Shown: positions 14,028 to 26,994 of the stretch, in pieces
Layout of the letters: each line of letters opens with the position of its first letter
How positions within the stretch are numbered: the first letter of the stretch is position 1
DNA from: the human T2T-CHM13v2.0 reference genome, Homo sapiens
DNA: 64,000 nt
Assembly: GCF_009914755.1 (NCBI RefSeq)
Contig: NC_060941.1
Reading direction: 5' to 3' (one strand)
Notes under the pieces: generated by a model
The model's database searches: none
What the model was told of the DNA's origin: nothing
The model's input: only the letters and a program-made list of their open reading frames with translations
Made by a program: the position numbers and the translations under genes

Positions 14028-14067
14028 TGTCTACCAGTGTGTCCTGGCAGAAACAGGCATTTGGAAG

Positions 14068-14313
14068 GAAGTGGTGTGGTAAAGAGATCACGCAGACTCA
14101 GGCTCATCTATTCTAAACCCTAGCCTTGTCACTTGCTGTCTAACCTGGGACAGGTTGCTTCTGTACCTTCGTCTCAGTTTCCTAACTTGAGAAATGGGTT
14201 TGATAATACTAAATTGTAGGCTGTTATGAAGATTGAATATATATAACAAATTTGCTTCAAGGGCCCTTGTGGTGGCTGGCAAATAATAAGTGCTGAACAA
14301 ATGCTGGCTATTT
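14068..14313 (+). mobile_element. MIR SINE, near full length
   Basis: ctcagtttcctaacttgagaaatggg core; ggcaaataataagtgctgaacaaatg end. Confidence 0.75.
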
Positions 14314-15023
14314 TTTACTTTTTTTGTCGCTTAAAAGCACATTGCTGGGATTTAGCCTTCCTGTTCTATTCCAGAAATGAACTTCAGGGTAATCCAGGAA
14401 ACTTAGCCACCTTGCTGGGGGCTTAAAGAGTAACCATAATTGGGAGCAGTGGGAGGGAGTGGGGGAAAAAACTCTTAAAGAAAAACTCTGCCCTTTACTT
14501 TTACCATTTACATAATCAAGATGTTTGGAATTTTAATGTTTGGAATTTAAATGAGAAAGACATTTAAAATTTGGCTACAGGTGTTCAAACTGCAATTAAA
14601 AAGATTTAGAATTCTGACCAAAGAGAAAAGAAGTACCATTAAAATGGAGACCCTTCATAACTTCAAATGAATCAGGTAGTACTCAGATTTCTACGGAGCC
14701 AAAGTAAGATGCACTTTTTCTAGTTTTATCCCCTTTATCCTAAACTACACACATTCAATGAGCCCCCAAATGGTATCTGAACAGATGGATATTTGCATAA
14801 TGAAAAAAATACCGTACTAAATGTCACAGTTGACCTAGTGTTCCCTCTGGGGTCCTGTGGTCCTTAGGATAAAATGATCAAAATTAGCAGAAGAATCCTT
14901 TCCTGATTCAGGTGAAAAGTACAGGTCAGAATCAGAGGAGGAAAAAGTATAAACTGATTCCAGTTTAAGTTTTAGTTCAGGTGCTCAGAGGTAGATTTTT
15001 TAAAAGAAATTAATGTACTACAC

Positions 15024-15670
15024 CATTCATCCATTTAACATTTACTGAGCTACTGAGCACCTGTTATGTACCAGGCACTGTGCTAGACCTTGGGGAGTCA
15101 GTAGTGAATAAGACAGGCATGACCTTGCCCTTAAAGGACTTGCAGTCTTGCTGGGGAAAGACAACTTTTTAAAAAAATCTCAGAAGTGTTGCTCATGTTC
15201 TGAGAAATGTGTGTGTAAAATAAATTTGTGACTCTATATATATGGTTTTCAATTTTCCCTGAAGATAATTGTCAGGAACAGGATTCATAGTATGAGCTTA
15301 GTTTCAAAAACTCAAGAGGTATTCCGTGTGTGGATGAAGACAAGAAGGGCATTTTGAGCAGAGGGAGATGTTTGAGCAGGATGCATTCCAGTGACCTGCA
15401 GTTTACTGGATGTGAATAGAGCATAGGATTCATGTGGAGGTCCGGGAAGTGAGAGGAAAGTGATGGGGCTGTAGGAGTCGGAAGGGCAAGGTCTTGGAGG
15501 GCTTTGTGTGCCCTGCTAAAGACCAAGACCTTATCCTGGAGGCTTAGGGGCTTATGGAAGATATAAATAGCCATGTGATGCATCAGATTTCACATTCAGA
15601 GAGATGACTGGCAGATAGTGATGGTTTGGAAAGGCCTAAACCTAGTGGCAGGGAACTTTATCAGATATTC
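15024..15670 (-). mobile_element. L2 3' region
   Basis: cattcatccatttaacatttactgagc...tatgtaccaggcactgtgctag. Confidence 0.75.
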
Positions 15671-15680
15671 TTGGAAGAGT

Positions 15681-16492
<812 letters not shown>

Positions 16493-19097
16493 GAATCCAG
16501 AAATTCAGATAACTCGGTATCAAGTATTCAGGTATTCAGATATCTAGGTATTCAGGTATTCTGAGCTAAAGCTCTTCTTTTGGAATTGTTTTTCAAAATC
16601 CTACTAGTTTTTTTTTTTTTTTTAGATATCATCTGGCATGTGGACCACTCCCCAGCTGTCTCTACTTTCTTCTGAACAAACTACATGGAAGGTGCGTACG
16701 AAGCAGAAGATATATTTTGTCCGTGTTGCCAGAACAGAACAGTTACACAGAAACTCACTTCCAGATCCTCCAGCCCTCAGAACAAGGAATCTGAGGAAGT
16801 ATGGAGAGAAGAAAGACAGTGCGATTAGGTTTCCATTAGTTGGGGTCTAGAGAAACAGCTGAGACTAGAGGTAATGTCCTATTGGTGAATCAAATGAGAA
16901 ATAAGGAGCTAGAGAAGAAAGAAAGGAAAGAAAGTGCTGAGGAATCCAGACGCGTGACCCTTACAAACCTTGGCATATGAGTGAGAGTGAGACAGGAGCT
17001 GAGAGAAGAGTGGGGTTTAAAATCCTCACTTTTATTTTAGCAAAGCTAAAATGGTCTGGTGAGAGACACCAGAAAAAAAAAAAGTGCAATTGTTCTGCTG
17101 AGAAAAACAGGAACACTCAAGTAGAACAAATTTATGACCCCCACCCCCTGCCCCCTTTCTCTTTTTGGAAAAGAGATTGCAGTGAGGGCACTTACATTAG
17201 TTCTGCTGGGTGTCTGTGAAATTAAGAAAAAAATAAAAATAAAGAAGAATGAGGAAATGAGTGAAAGCAACTATATTAGAAACAATGAGAAGTCTCTGGC
17301 TCCGTGCTTATGACATTGTCACCCTGCAGAGCATGAGGAGGTCTGATGATGAGTAAAACGTCCTGGAAATAGACCTGTTCAGTTAAGTAGAGAGCCACAG
17401 AGGCATCTCCAAAGATGAAAGGATTTCATTAAAACACCTAAGGCCTGATTCCCTGTGGCTTACACAGTATGTGACTTGAGTTTCCAATTTCTTGCCCCCC
17501 ATGACTCCCTCTGCACAAGTTCACATATTTTATTGAAAAGATATTATGACATGCACACTGGGTAGTGTCTAGAACAAAAGATATACTGTACAATGTGCTT
17601 GAGAGGAGAAAGCCCTAGCAGATCTTATAGATAACATGTAGCCATGGTAAATTTACTGTACTAAAAATAAACAAAATGCCGAAGTAGATTTAACAACTCA
17701 CATTTTAAAAGGCAGTGTATTTCAAGTGTTTGTGTGGGGTGGATCAGTTATGATCTAGGATATTTTAAAGAGTTTTATGCTGAAGTCTTGTGATCTTACC
17801 AGTGATTTGAAGAGAATGTGAGATACTTGGTATTTAAAAGCCAATAGCACTGGGTTTTGAGTCTTTTTTATTTCCATTAACCATTAAAGGTTTTGACCCT
17901 TAATTATCTCGTTGCATTTGAAGTTGTATCTTCTCTTATAAACCTGAAAACATTAGAAGTAAAAAGACCCTTGGAGATTATCTGAGTGGTCTCTGTAAAC
18001 AAGGCAACAGAGGCCTAGAGAGACATGTTTAATTTCAGGGTTTAATATCTGTCCTGGTAAGGAGAATGTATACTGAATCCAGAGTCTGTATTATCATAGG
18101 GTTGGGATTCTGGAGATGAGGAGCTGATATATTTTTCCTAGTGCCTCTTCTTAATTTGGTGACATGATAGCCCATGCAGCCCTCTAAAGCAGCAGGTTAG
18201 AAGAAAATGCTGGATTATAAAATTTTGCCTGATTATCAGAATAAGAAATGTAGCCATAAACAGCAAAACAACTGTGTAGGTTAATCGGCCTGCTCAAAAC
18301 CTTGGGACAGTGTTTTCCAAGTTCAAAAAGAATGTAATCTTGCTTTCTTACACACATCCATGAAAAGTATACAAGCAGCTGATATTTTATCTCATACAGA
18401 CAAAGAGGCCAGAATGGTGATACTTAAGGGATAAGACTATGTCTGTTATGATTATAGAAATTAAACAATGCAACCAAAATTCTAAACAAACAAAAAAATT
18501 AGAACGACAAGGGATGAAAATGAAATCTTTCAAGATCTCTCATGCTGTAGTTTTCACAATAAAATATGGAGGAGGATAAATTATGCAGTATTTTTGCTTT
18601 CTCCTCACTCTCTTAACATGTAGTATTACTGCTGAAATGTACCTAATTTCAGCACATGATTTTATAAAGGTAGTGAAACCATTCACATTCTAAGTTAAAT
18701 TGTTCCTGCTATTGACATGCAACTTAATGAAATTCCATCTAGTCATTGATGAAACCCATTACCACCCTGATCGCCTGCTTCACTCACACTCTCAATATCA
18801 TCTTCTTGCTTGCCATGTACTGATTTGGTTCTTTGCTAAAATTTTGTGAATTCTGGCTCATCTATGCAGTCTGATATTAGTAATCAGTTACATGCCTTTT
18901 ACATGGATAAGGTAAGATAAAGGAGAGGCATCTTTTAAAAAAACGTACATGTTTGATCGTGTCTTGTCTGTGTCATTCACTTATTTAACAAATATTTACG
19001 GAGCCTACTGTGTGCCAGAATTACTCTCCCATTTGTTCAGACATATTATCCTCCCCTGTGCTGTCACTGGATGATACTCCAAAAGCACAAATATGTT

Positions 19098-19727
19098 TGT
19101 TACCAGAAAGGGGTCCCAATCTAGACCCCAAGAGAGGGTTATTGGATCTCATACAAGAAAGAACTTGAAGCAAACCCATAAAGTGAATGCAAGTTTATTA
19201 AGAAAGTAAAGGAATAAGAGAATGGCTACTCCATAGGCAGAACAGTGGCATGGGCTGCTCCGCTGAGTATACGTATGGTTATTTCTTGATTATATGCTAA
19301 ACAAGGGGTGGATTATTCATGAGTTTTTCTGGAAAAGGGTTGGCAATTCCCGGAACTGAGGCTTCCTCCCCTTTTTAGACCATATAGGGTAACTTCCTGA
19401 CATTGCCATGGTATTTGTAAACTGTCGTGGCACAGGTGGGAGTGTCTTTTAGCATGCGCATGCATTATAATTAGTGTATAATAAGCAGTGAGGATGACCA
19501 GAGGTCACTTTCAGCACCATCTTGCTTTTTGTGGGTTTTGATCGGTTTATTTACTATGTCCTCTTTTATCAGCAAGGTCTTTGTGACTTGTATCTTGCAT
19601 TGACCTCCTCTCTCATCCTGTGACTAAGAATGCCAAACCTGCTGGAAATGCAGCCCAGCAGTTCTCAGCCTTATTTTACCGAGCTCCTATTCAAGATGGA
19701 GTTGCTTTGGTTCAAATGCCTCTGACA
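19098..19727 (-). mobile_element. MER41B solo LTR (ERV1), full length
   Basis: tgttaccagaaaggggtccc...caagatggagttgctttggttcaaatgcctctgaca matches recalled MER41B reverse complement; perfect 4-bp TSD tgtt. Confidence 0.92.
19347..19355. promoter_or_regulatory. GAS/STAT motif TTCCCGGAA inside MER41B
   Basis: Exact TTCN3GAA; the partner site at 19326-19334 (tttctggaa) is degenerate. Function not shown. Confidence 0.55.
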
Positions 19728-21789
19728 TGTTCTTACCATTTTCTTGCTTAAAATGCCTCCATGTCTCTTCATTGCCTATAGGAAAAACAAAACAAAGCAG
19801 AAAACTCTAGAGTCCTTAGCATAGCTTACTAGGATTTGATCCCTATCTAAGTCTTCAATGTCCCTTTCTACCAATTCGACTTTGTATTTCCTGGTCTTTT
19901 ATTACACCAGCATATTGGCTACTCCCACTGATTTTTCTGTCCTTGTCCATCTAGGGAATCTCATCTCATACTTGAGACCAAAATCAAAGATCTTACCTTC
20001 TATGCAGACTTTTCTTATCCACCCCATCAAAGCTGACTTTTCCTCTCATCTGAGCACAAAAAAGATATCTTTTCACTGCTGTCTCCTCAACACCTAGCCT
20101 GTAGCCTTGCCTGAAATAGATGCTTGAAAATTGTTTCCAAATGAGTATTAATTGCCTCTTACCTCTTATCACAGCTGAGATCCATGACCACATGGGCGCA
20201 AATGCTTAGTTGACTGACTGATGGTAGAAGATTTACTGTCTTCTGCTAGGGGTTTCTCCAACTGCAGCTTAAGCTGTCCAAGAGTCTGCAGTTCAGCCTC
20301 TGCAAGCACATGTGCAGTTGGTGATTGCAAGAAATTTGTATTCCTAATTTATATGTCACTGGGCCTTACACAGGCATCATAGCATGAGAAGCAGAGAAAG
20401 GCCATTATTTTGGCATTCACAAAACTCCTTGCCTTTCTCTTCCTGGAGGACTCAGAGAGAGACTCCTCTGCTCTCTGACCTTTCATTATGTGCTGCTTGT
20501 AAGCAAAGGACAGCATTATTATCACTGGCACAGTCTCCCACACCTTTTGTTCCTGGTACCTGGTAGAGAGGCCCTGGGATCCCTCCTCCTGGCTGAGATA
20601 CATTTACAAAGTAAAACTGGTATTTTATCATACCTGGAAATAAGAAACTATAATCACTAATGAGATTTATAAAATTATGGCCCAAGCCGACTTCGACTTT
20701 CATAATAAAACATACCTCGCCTTAGCCTGCCCTCATCTATTGTCATAGTGAAAAACCTCTGGAGGCTGCAAGATGTCCTCTTTGAATTATGGATTGATTA
20801 AAAGGAGCACAACACATTATTTGAAGGTTGTGTGAAGGCTAAATAATCCCATCTGTGTGAGACAGGATACAATATTTTATACTGTCTGTGGAGATTCCTC
20901 CAATTATGTTTTACGGTCTGCATTCAAAAAGATTCCAGCTTCTTATCTTATTTAACTCTGCAGGCAAGTGTTCAGCAGAATATCCACTCCCTCTGGGATA
21001 GAGGAGATGGGTGAAACTGGGATCTGGAGTTTTGATTTAGCTTCAGACCTAGATTGTTTTATGGCAATGGGAGATCCATTTGAATTTTTCCACTGTACCA
21101 AACAAGAAGGAGACAGATGGCCCCAGACCCTGATCTCATCCTGGGGTTATGAAGGGAAATCCTCTCCTTATTGTGGCATAAAATACCTAATTCAGGCTCT
21201 GGTGCACAAACTTGCACAAAGGTCTGGTAGTGAGCTTTGTGGTTGATTATATCCTTCTGTTTTCAGGACCCCACGAAGTCTGGTGTCGGGTGAGGCTTTT
21301 ACCTCTCAGAATTGCCTGCAATTGCCCTTCTCTCTGCCACCTGATGATTCCTTTGGCCATTATTTCCAGAGATTTCAACTCATTTATGTCCTATATTCAT
21401 TAGGCTAGGATTTGGTTATTTCCTAATAGAAAGTTCACACTCATAACCTATCATCAAACACTTGAATTAAATAAGGCCTGATTTTCACAAATTTATTTTA
21501 TGTCCTTGTTCAAGAAAACAAAGAAAAGATGAGGAGGGCATAGAATTGTCCTATTAGTTATCCCCAGCAAAGCACTCTTCCTTTAAGGAGCCTAAACTTT
21601 ATCTATGGGAAGATAAAAAGAATGTTTCTTGATAATATGAGTTCCAAGGAGCAGAATAAATATCAGACTTTCCAAAATGCTCTAGTCAGCCTTCTGGAAC
21701 AAGTGATGTTCTCTGTTTCAAATGTAACTTGTTGAATAAATAATTAAATGTGAGTTACTACTTTCTTAGATATCCTGTTCTCTGCCATG

Positions 21790-22272
21790 AATTAGTGGAC
21801 CCAAAGTTGGGGACCTCAGCCAAGGTAGGCCAATCTGTGGGCTTCTTTTGAATTTGGGAGCACAGAGCAAATCCCAGCCACTCTTGGGAGGTGAAGTTGA
21901 GCGATGAGAAGTTAAGAATTTGTCCATGTTCAAGTTCTCCAACTTGTGGAGAAATCTGTAAAATACAGAAACCGGCCTACAATGAAAGTGAGCGAGTGAG
22001 TGACAGAGAGAGAGAGAGAGGTGATTCAACTCCCCCCCCTTTTTTTTTTTTTTTGAGACAGAGTCTCCGTCTGTTGCCCAGGCTGTAGTGCAGTGGCGAG
22101 ATCTTGGCTCACTGTAACCTCTGCCTCCCAGGTTCAAGCGATTGTCCTTCCCTTTTTCTTGACTGCCTTCTTATCCTTGACCTTTCTATGTGTGTATGAA
22201 CCACAAAATCTCCTTTTGCCTAAACTTACCGGAGTCTAGTTCTGTCATTTGCAAGTCCAAACTGTCATAAAC
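21790..22272 (+). mobile_element. Old MaLR LTR (MLT1J/K-like)
   Basis: ggccaatc...3' end ccttttgcctaaacttacc...ttctgtcatttgcaa. Confidence 0.55.
22040..22150 (-). mobile_element. Alu right-arm fragment, about 110 bp
   Basis: Poly-T gagacagagtctc...cctcccaggttcaagcgatt. Confidence 0.92.
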
Positions 22273-22536
22273 AGCATCAAAATGGAATCTTTTGCAATTC
22301 TTAGCAAAGATTCTTCCAATTGCTCATTTATAAAGCACTTCTGTAGTTTTTTATTAATCTTCCATTTCTTTGTCTGAAGTTAATAGCTGTCTTTATCTGA
22401 AGGAGGATGTCCCAAATGATTTATTTCATATCTAGAAGTAGCCACTTTTTTTTTAGTGCTTGATCTAAACCTGCTAAACACATCTTCCTAACTGTTTCCA
22501 TGTAGGCAGTCATATTCAGTGGTCACTAAGACAGAC

Positions 22537-22591
22537 TCTTATTAAAATTACCTAGGATAATTGCATCTTATTAAAATTATCTAGGATAATT
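22537..22591. repeat. 26-bp near-perfect tandem duplication (period 29)
   Basis: tcttattaaaatta(c/t)ctaggataatt x2. Confidence 0.92.
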
Positions 22592-22611
22592 ACCTTTTAT
22601 CATTGCTACAG

Positions 22612-23064
22612 GTATATGTTGAGTCCTGGGCTAAGCTTCTGAAATATAGACCCCGGAATATAGTTACTCAAGCATAATGGTGTTTTATTATTATTATTTT
22701 TTCTCTCTCTCTTTTATAACAATCCAGAGGTTTAAGGGTTGTTAGAAGGGGAACAAGTGGGTAGCTTCACTCCGTGAGAAGCCCAAATTCCTTCTCTCTT
22801 GTTTCTCTACCATTCCTTAGAGTTCTGGTTGAGTTGGTTCACCAGCAAATATGATTTCCAGGTTATGGGGAAAGGGCAGGGGATTTTTACTTAAGAGGAG
22901 TGTGAAAGCAGCCCACATTATTTCTACTCCATTGATGAGAATTAGTATATGGGATGCTGTGTAAGGGTGGCTGGGATGTGTAATATTCAGCTGTGGAAGG
23001 AACTTATTACTTAAAGGAAGAAGGAGAGAATGGGTATTGTGGGACAGTTATCAGTTTCTGCCAT
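22612..23064 (-). mobile_element. LTR33-like ERVL LTR
   Basis: taacaatccagagg...ggctgggatgtgtaat...aaggaagaaggagagaatgggtattgtgggacag...tctgcca. Confidence 0.7.
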
Positions 23065-23269
23065 GGGTTTGTAGACTGATATTGTAGAGAAATAAGTGCG
23101 CTTTATCCTTGGCTAATAGGACACTCACATTTCCCATGTGCCAAATAAATAGTTTTAGTCTGCTATACCCTCAAGCTACTGCCCCCTTTTCATTTCATTT
23201 ATGACCAAAGTTCTAAAAAACAGTAATTTACTCTTAGTACACAAACTTCCCTATCACACATGTACTTAT

Positions 23270-23640
23270 TTTGTAACTCATTGCAATCTGACTTGTTTTC
23301 ATAGGTCTGTTATGAAAAAGCTTGCTCATGGGTCATAACTAAGTCCCCTCTTGTCAACTCAATCACTTCACCATGTTGCCTGCATTAGTTGCTATTGAAC
23401 ATTTGTTTCCCTCTAGAAATGTTCTCATTAATTTCTGTGACTCAGCACTATCCTATTTCTTTTTCTAATTCTTTAACCCTGACTCTTCTTTCTTTTTCTT
23501 TGCACATCTTGTTCCTCTTATATTATAAATGTGGCATCCCCTGAAGGTATAAATTCTTCAATTCTTCTCTACCCAGCCCTTGATAGTTTCACCAGTGGCT
23601 TTAGCTAATACCTAAATTGATCTCAATTCTACCCATACTC
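23270..23640 (+). mobile_element. L2 fragment
   Basis: ttgcaatctgact...tctgtgactcagcactatcct; diverged. Confidence 0.5.
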
Positions 23641-23769
23641 CCTTTGCCTTATATGTACAGTTCACCTTATCACCCCAAAATAATGCTTCAAGAAGGATAT
23701 TGATACAAACCTAAGCACAGTTCCCTGTTAGCTTCCAATGACAAAGTTGTGTTGGGTGACTTCTCTGTT

Positions 23770-24110
23770 GTATCAGAGCTCTTTTGATTCCAAGGAACAA
23801 AAGCTGCCTGTCTACTTTAAATAAAAGACGATGATTCAGTGGCATTTGGGGGAAGTATTCAAAGGTTGGCTGACATCAGCAACAGACTGAAGAGAGGGGT
23901 CAGAGCTCCTAGAAGAATCAAACACGATCATTTCTCTTGCTGCTACTATGCTTTTTCCTGTTTTTGTCTCATTTTTCTTCTGGGAGATTGAAAAATTGTG
24001 GTAGGACCTAGATATCAACAGCCTCCAAAGTTACTTTGTCTCAATTTCAGCCATCTACAGTGAGGCTTACTTTCCCTCTCCTCTGTTTCTAGAATTCGTG
24101 GAGACATTTC
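23770..24110 (-). mobile_element. Old MaLR LTR remnant (MLT1-like)
   Basis: tgtatcagagctcttttgattccaagg start; highly diverged. Confidence 0.4.
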
Positions 24111-24259
24111 AAGTGGAGGTGGGAGAAAGTAAGTGCTCAGAAGAAAGAAGAGGAATGGCTTCCATAGAAGACATTTTAGGGAAGCTACCTTAAAAAGTAT
24201 CTATCCCATGAAGTTAGCCATCTCATAAATGCAAGTACTCTCTCTATGAAAGCTATAAC

Positions 24260-24480
24260 TGTGAAAAGAACATCAGACTTGGTGTTAAGAAATCTGTATG
24301 TGGCTTCCAGGCTTGCCATTGTTTTAGCTGCATGATTTGTCAAGTTTATGAGTGCCAATATTTTCATCACAGTGATCCTTATGTCCAGTCATTATTGTGA
24401 TAACTGAATGACATTACACATATGAAACTGTCTAGTTTAGCACCGGTGTATGTTAGACATTCTGTAAATGTTAGCTGGAT
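24260..24480 (+). mobile_element. MIR SINE
   Basis: cagacttggtgttaga...tagctgcatgatttgtcaagtt...taaatgttagct. Confidence 0.55.
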
Positions 24481-25311
24481 CTAGTTGGCCAAGAAGTCCC
24501 TAAGGGAAAAAAAAGAGGTTGGTCTGGTGAATTTGGGTAACCCACTTCCCTCCAGGCTAGAAAATAACACAAAAGATCCTTTTCCTGATAATCTCCATTT
24601 ATAAAAGACACAGTATCAATGTGTTCTATCTGTTCTTCAGTGGGTTAGTTGGCTATGGATATTCTATGCAGTGCTTAATCAACCTTGCCAGTTCATTAGG
24701 ATCTGTGGAGCAGCGTCACAGCCTTCCAAAGGAAGATGGATGGTGGCTGGCTTGCTCACACAATAGGAAGCTGCACATCAGCTGAAAAGTGTACAAAGCA
24801 AAGTTTCCCGGCTTTGCCTGGGCAGGAGGAATATTTTGGTTCAATTCAAAGCAGACTTGAAGCCTCATTGCAGTATTAGGCTGGAGATAATTCTGCGGGG
24901 GACTCTGTAAGACTGGGGGGATGCAAGAAAGATGATATCCTCAAATCTGGTGGTATTGATTATGTCTGTCTGAGAATGAATAGAATCACAACCTATTAGT
25001 TGGGAGTTTTGTTTTTTGTTTCTGAATCTTTGCATTGACAAAGGAATGGTTATTTGGACTCTTCAATTCTTAATTTCTCCTAAATACTGCCTCTAAGCCC
25101 TGTTGAAGGCTTGGTATGAATGGGAATGAAACAGATCTGACAATATGCAAGGTGGGGAGAATCAAAAAAAGACAAGCTGCACGCTTCCACAAAGCTGGTG
25201 GGAGTTTCTAGTACTCTTAGAAAAATATAAAATTCTTACAGATTCCTGGTTTGTTATGCTGAGGGGATTGCAGGCCAGGACCTGGTTAATCACTAGACTC
25301 ATTAAGTGTTT

Positions 25312-25469
25312 CCATTTCACAGTATTTGTCAGATAAAGCAGGCTGAGACCGTCTAGCACATAGAGGTACAGGAAAATCTGGTATATTTTTCATGAGTATC
25401 TTTTTAGACCTACAGAAGAGCAAAGTCATGTACTTGAATGACACACACAGAGTCACGTATATATACACA
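25312..25469 (+). repeat. 158-bp dispersed duplication, copy 1
   Basis: 149/158 identical, ungapped, to 26837-26994 (hand count). Confidence 0.95.
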
Positions 25470-25555
25470 CAGACATATGCATGTGTGCATATATATACAC
25501 AATATTTTTACACAAAATTAATAAAAGCATATACTTTGCTATGTAAAAAAGAAGG

Positions 25556-25994
25556 TATATCAGGCTCAACCAAAGAAGTATCACTAGGAAGATATATAAA
25601 CTACTATACATACACATGTATCCACCAAACATACATATAAACATATGTATATCTGCCTAGGAATATTCATATAAACGTATGTATATCTGCCTAGGAAAAT
25701 CCAAACTCCATATGACAGGCCATTAAGAAGCACAGGCTGGAATTCTCAGGGAGAAGCTAAAGCTGCAGTCCAGAGGCAGAATTTCTTCTTTCTTTGGTTA
25801 GTCTCAGCTCTGCTTTTAAGGGCTTGCAACTGATTGAATCAAGTACACCTAGGTTATCTAGGATACTTTCCTTTACTTAAAGTGAACTGATTGTGGACTT
25901 TTTATCACATCTACAAAATACCTTCATGAGATTAGCGTTTGATTAAATAACCAAGGACTATAGTCTAGCTAAGTTGACACATCAAACCATCACA
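25556..25994 (-). mobile_element. MLT2-family ERVL LTR
   Basis: aaaataccttca...tagctaagttgacacatcaaaccatcaca; internal 34-bp tandem duplication at 25634-25701. Confidence 0.8.
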
Positions 25995-26192
25995 GAAATT
26001 TAATTAGTAAATAAACTGAAAAAGAAATGTCTGTTCCACTTAATCCTATCATAACTTCATTAATATTGACATGCAATGTTCAAATTACACAGTATTTTGT
26101 TTAACAAAACAAATTATCCATATCCTAGTTGGGAAACATTTAGCCATTATGTTTATGAATATATTTAAATAATTAAAAATGATACAACTCTA

Positions 26193-26559
26193 TCTTATGG
26201 ACCAAATATTTGTCTCTTTTCAAAATCCGTATTTTGAAATTCTAACCTCTAATGTGATAGTATTTAAAAGCTGGGCCTTTTGGGAGGTAATTAGGTCATG
26301 AAGGTGGAACTGTCATAAATGGAATTAATGCTCTTATAAAAGGGATTCCAGAGCGCTCACTCTATCTTTTCTGCCATGTGAGGGTACAATAAGAAGATGG
26401 TAGTATACAACCTGGGAAAGGGCCCTCACCAGCACCCGACCATGCTGGCACCCTGATCTCAGACTTCCAGACTCCATCACTGTGAGAAATAAATTTATGT
26501 TGCTTACAAGCCACACAGTTTATGGTACTTTGTTTTAATAGCCTGAAATGACTAAGACA
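26193..26559 (+). mobile_element. MLT1A/MSTD-like MaLR solo LTR
   Basis: gggaggtaattaggtcatga...gccctcaccag...catgctggcaccctgatctcagacttccag...gactaagaca. Confidence 0.85.
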
Positions 26560-26699
26560 CTATGTTATATATTTCAGACAATTTTTTTACCCTTATTCTG
26601 TTTGAATTAGCTGTGTGTATAATCCTGTATATTGTTTGGCAAGTGACTTTTTTATGAAGAAAGCAAAAATTAATAGATTTTTTGGAGGTATTATATATT

Positions 26700-26836
26700 A
26701 TCTAATACTCACCCAAATCCTGTGAAATGAGACTTATTGTATCTATTTTGTAGTTGAAGAAATTGAAGATCGGAGAGGTTAAATTGTCTGTGATCAGGGA
26801 ATAAACAAGTGGGTGTTTTCCAGATTGAAATGGGGC
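26700..26836 (-). mobile_element. MIR fragment
   Basis: attttgtagttgaagaaattgaagatcggagaggttaaat. Confidence 0.6.
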
Positions 26837-26994
26837 CCATTTCACAGTATTTGTCAGATAAAGCAGGCTGAGACCCTCTAGCACATAGAGGTACAGGAAA
26901 ATCTGGTATATTTTTCATGAGGATCTTTTTAGACTTACCAAACAGCAAAGTCATGTAGTTGAATGACACACACAGAGACACATATATATACACA
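26837..26994 (+). repeat. 158-bp dispersed duplication, copy 2
   Basis: Matches 25312-25469; offset 1525 bp. Confidence 0.95.

Larger units (their letters stand above)
19030..20225 (+). mobile_element. L2, split by MER41B
   Basis: L2-like sequence continues on both sides of the LTR (aaagcacaaatatgtt|cttaccattttcttgcttaaaatgcctcc). Confidence 0.55.

Noticed and set aside
16520-16562. Degenerate (GTATTCAG)n run; also small duplications at 14521, 37210, 57990 and 59481
   Set aside because: Ordinary slippage products with no further structure.
25312-26994. The 158-bp direct repeats as LTRs of a novel element enclosing 25470-26836
   Set aside because: No TG...CA ends, TSD, PBS or PPT; the interior consists of unrelated older repeats.
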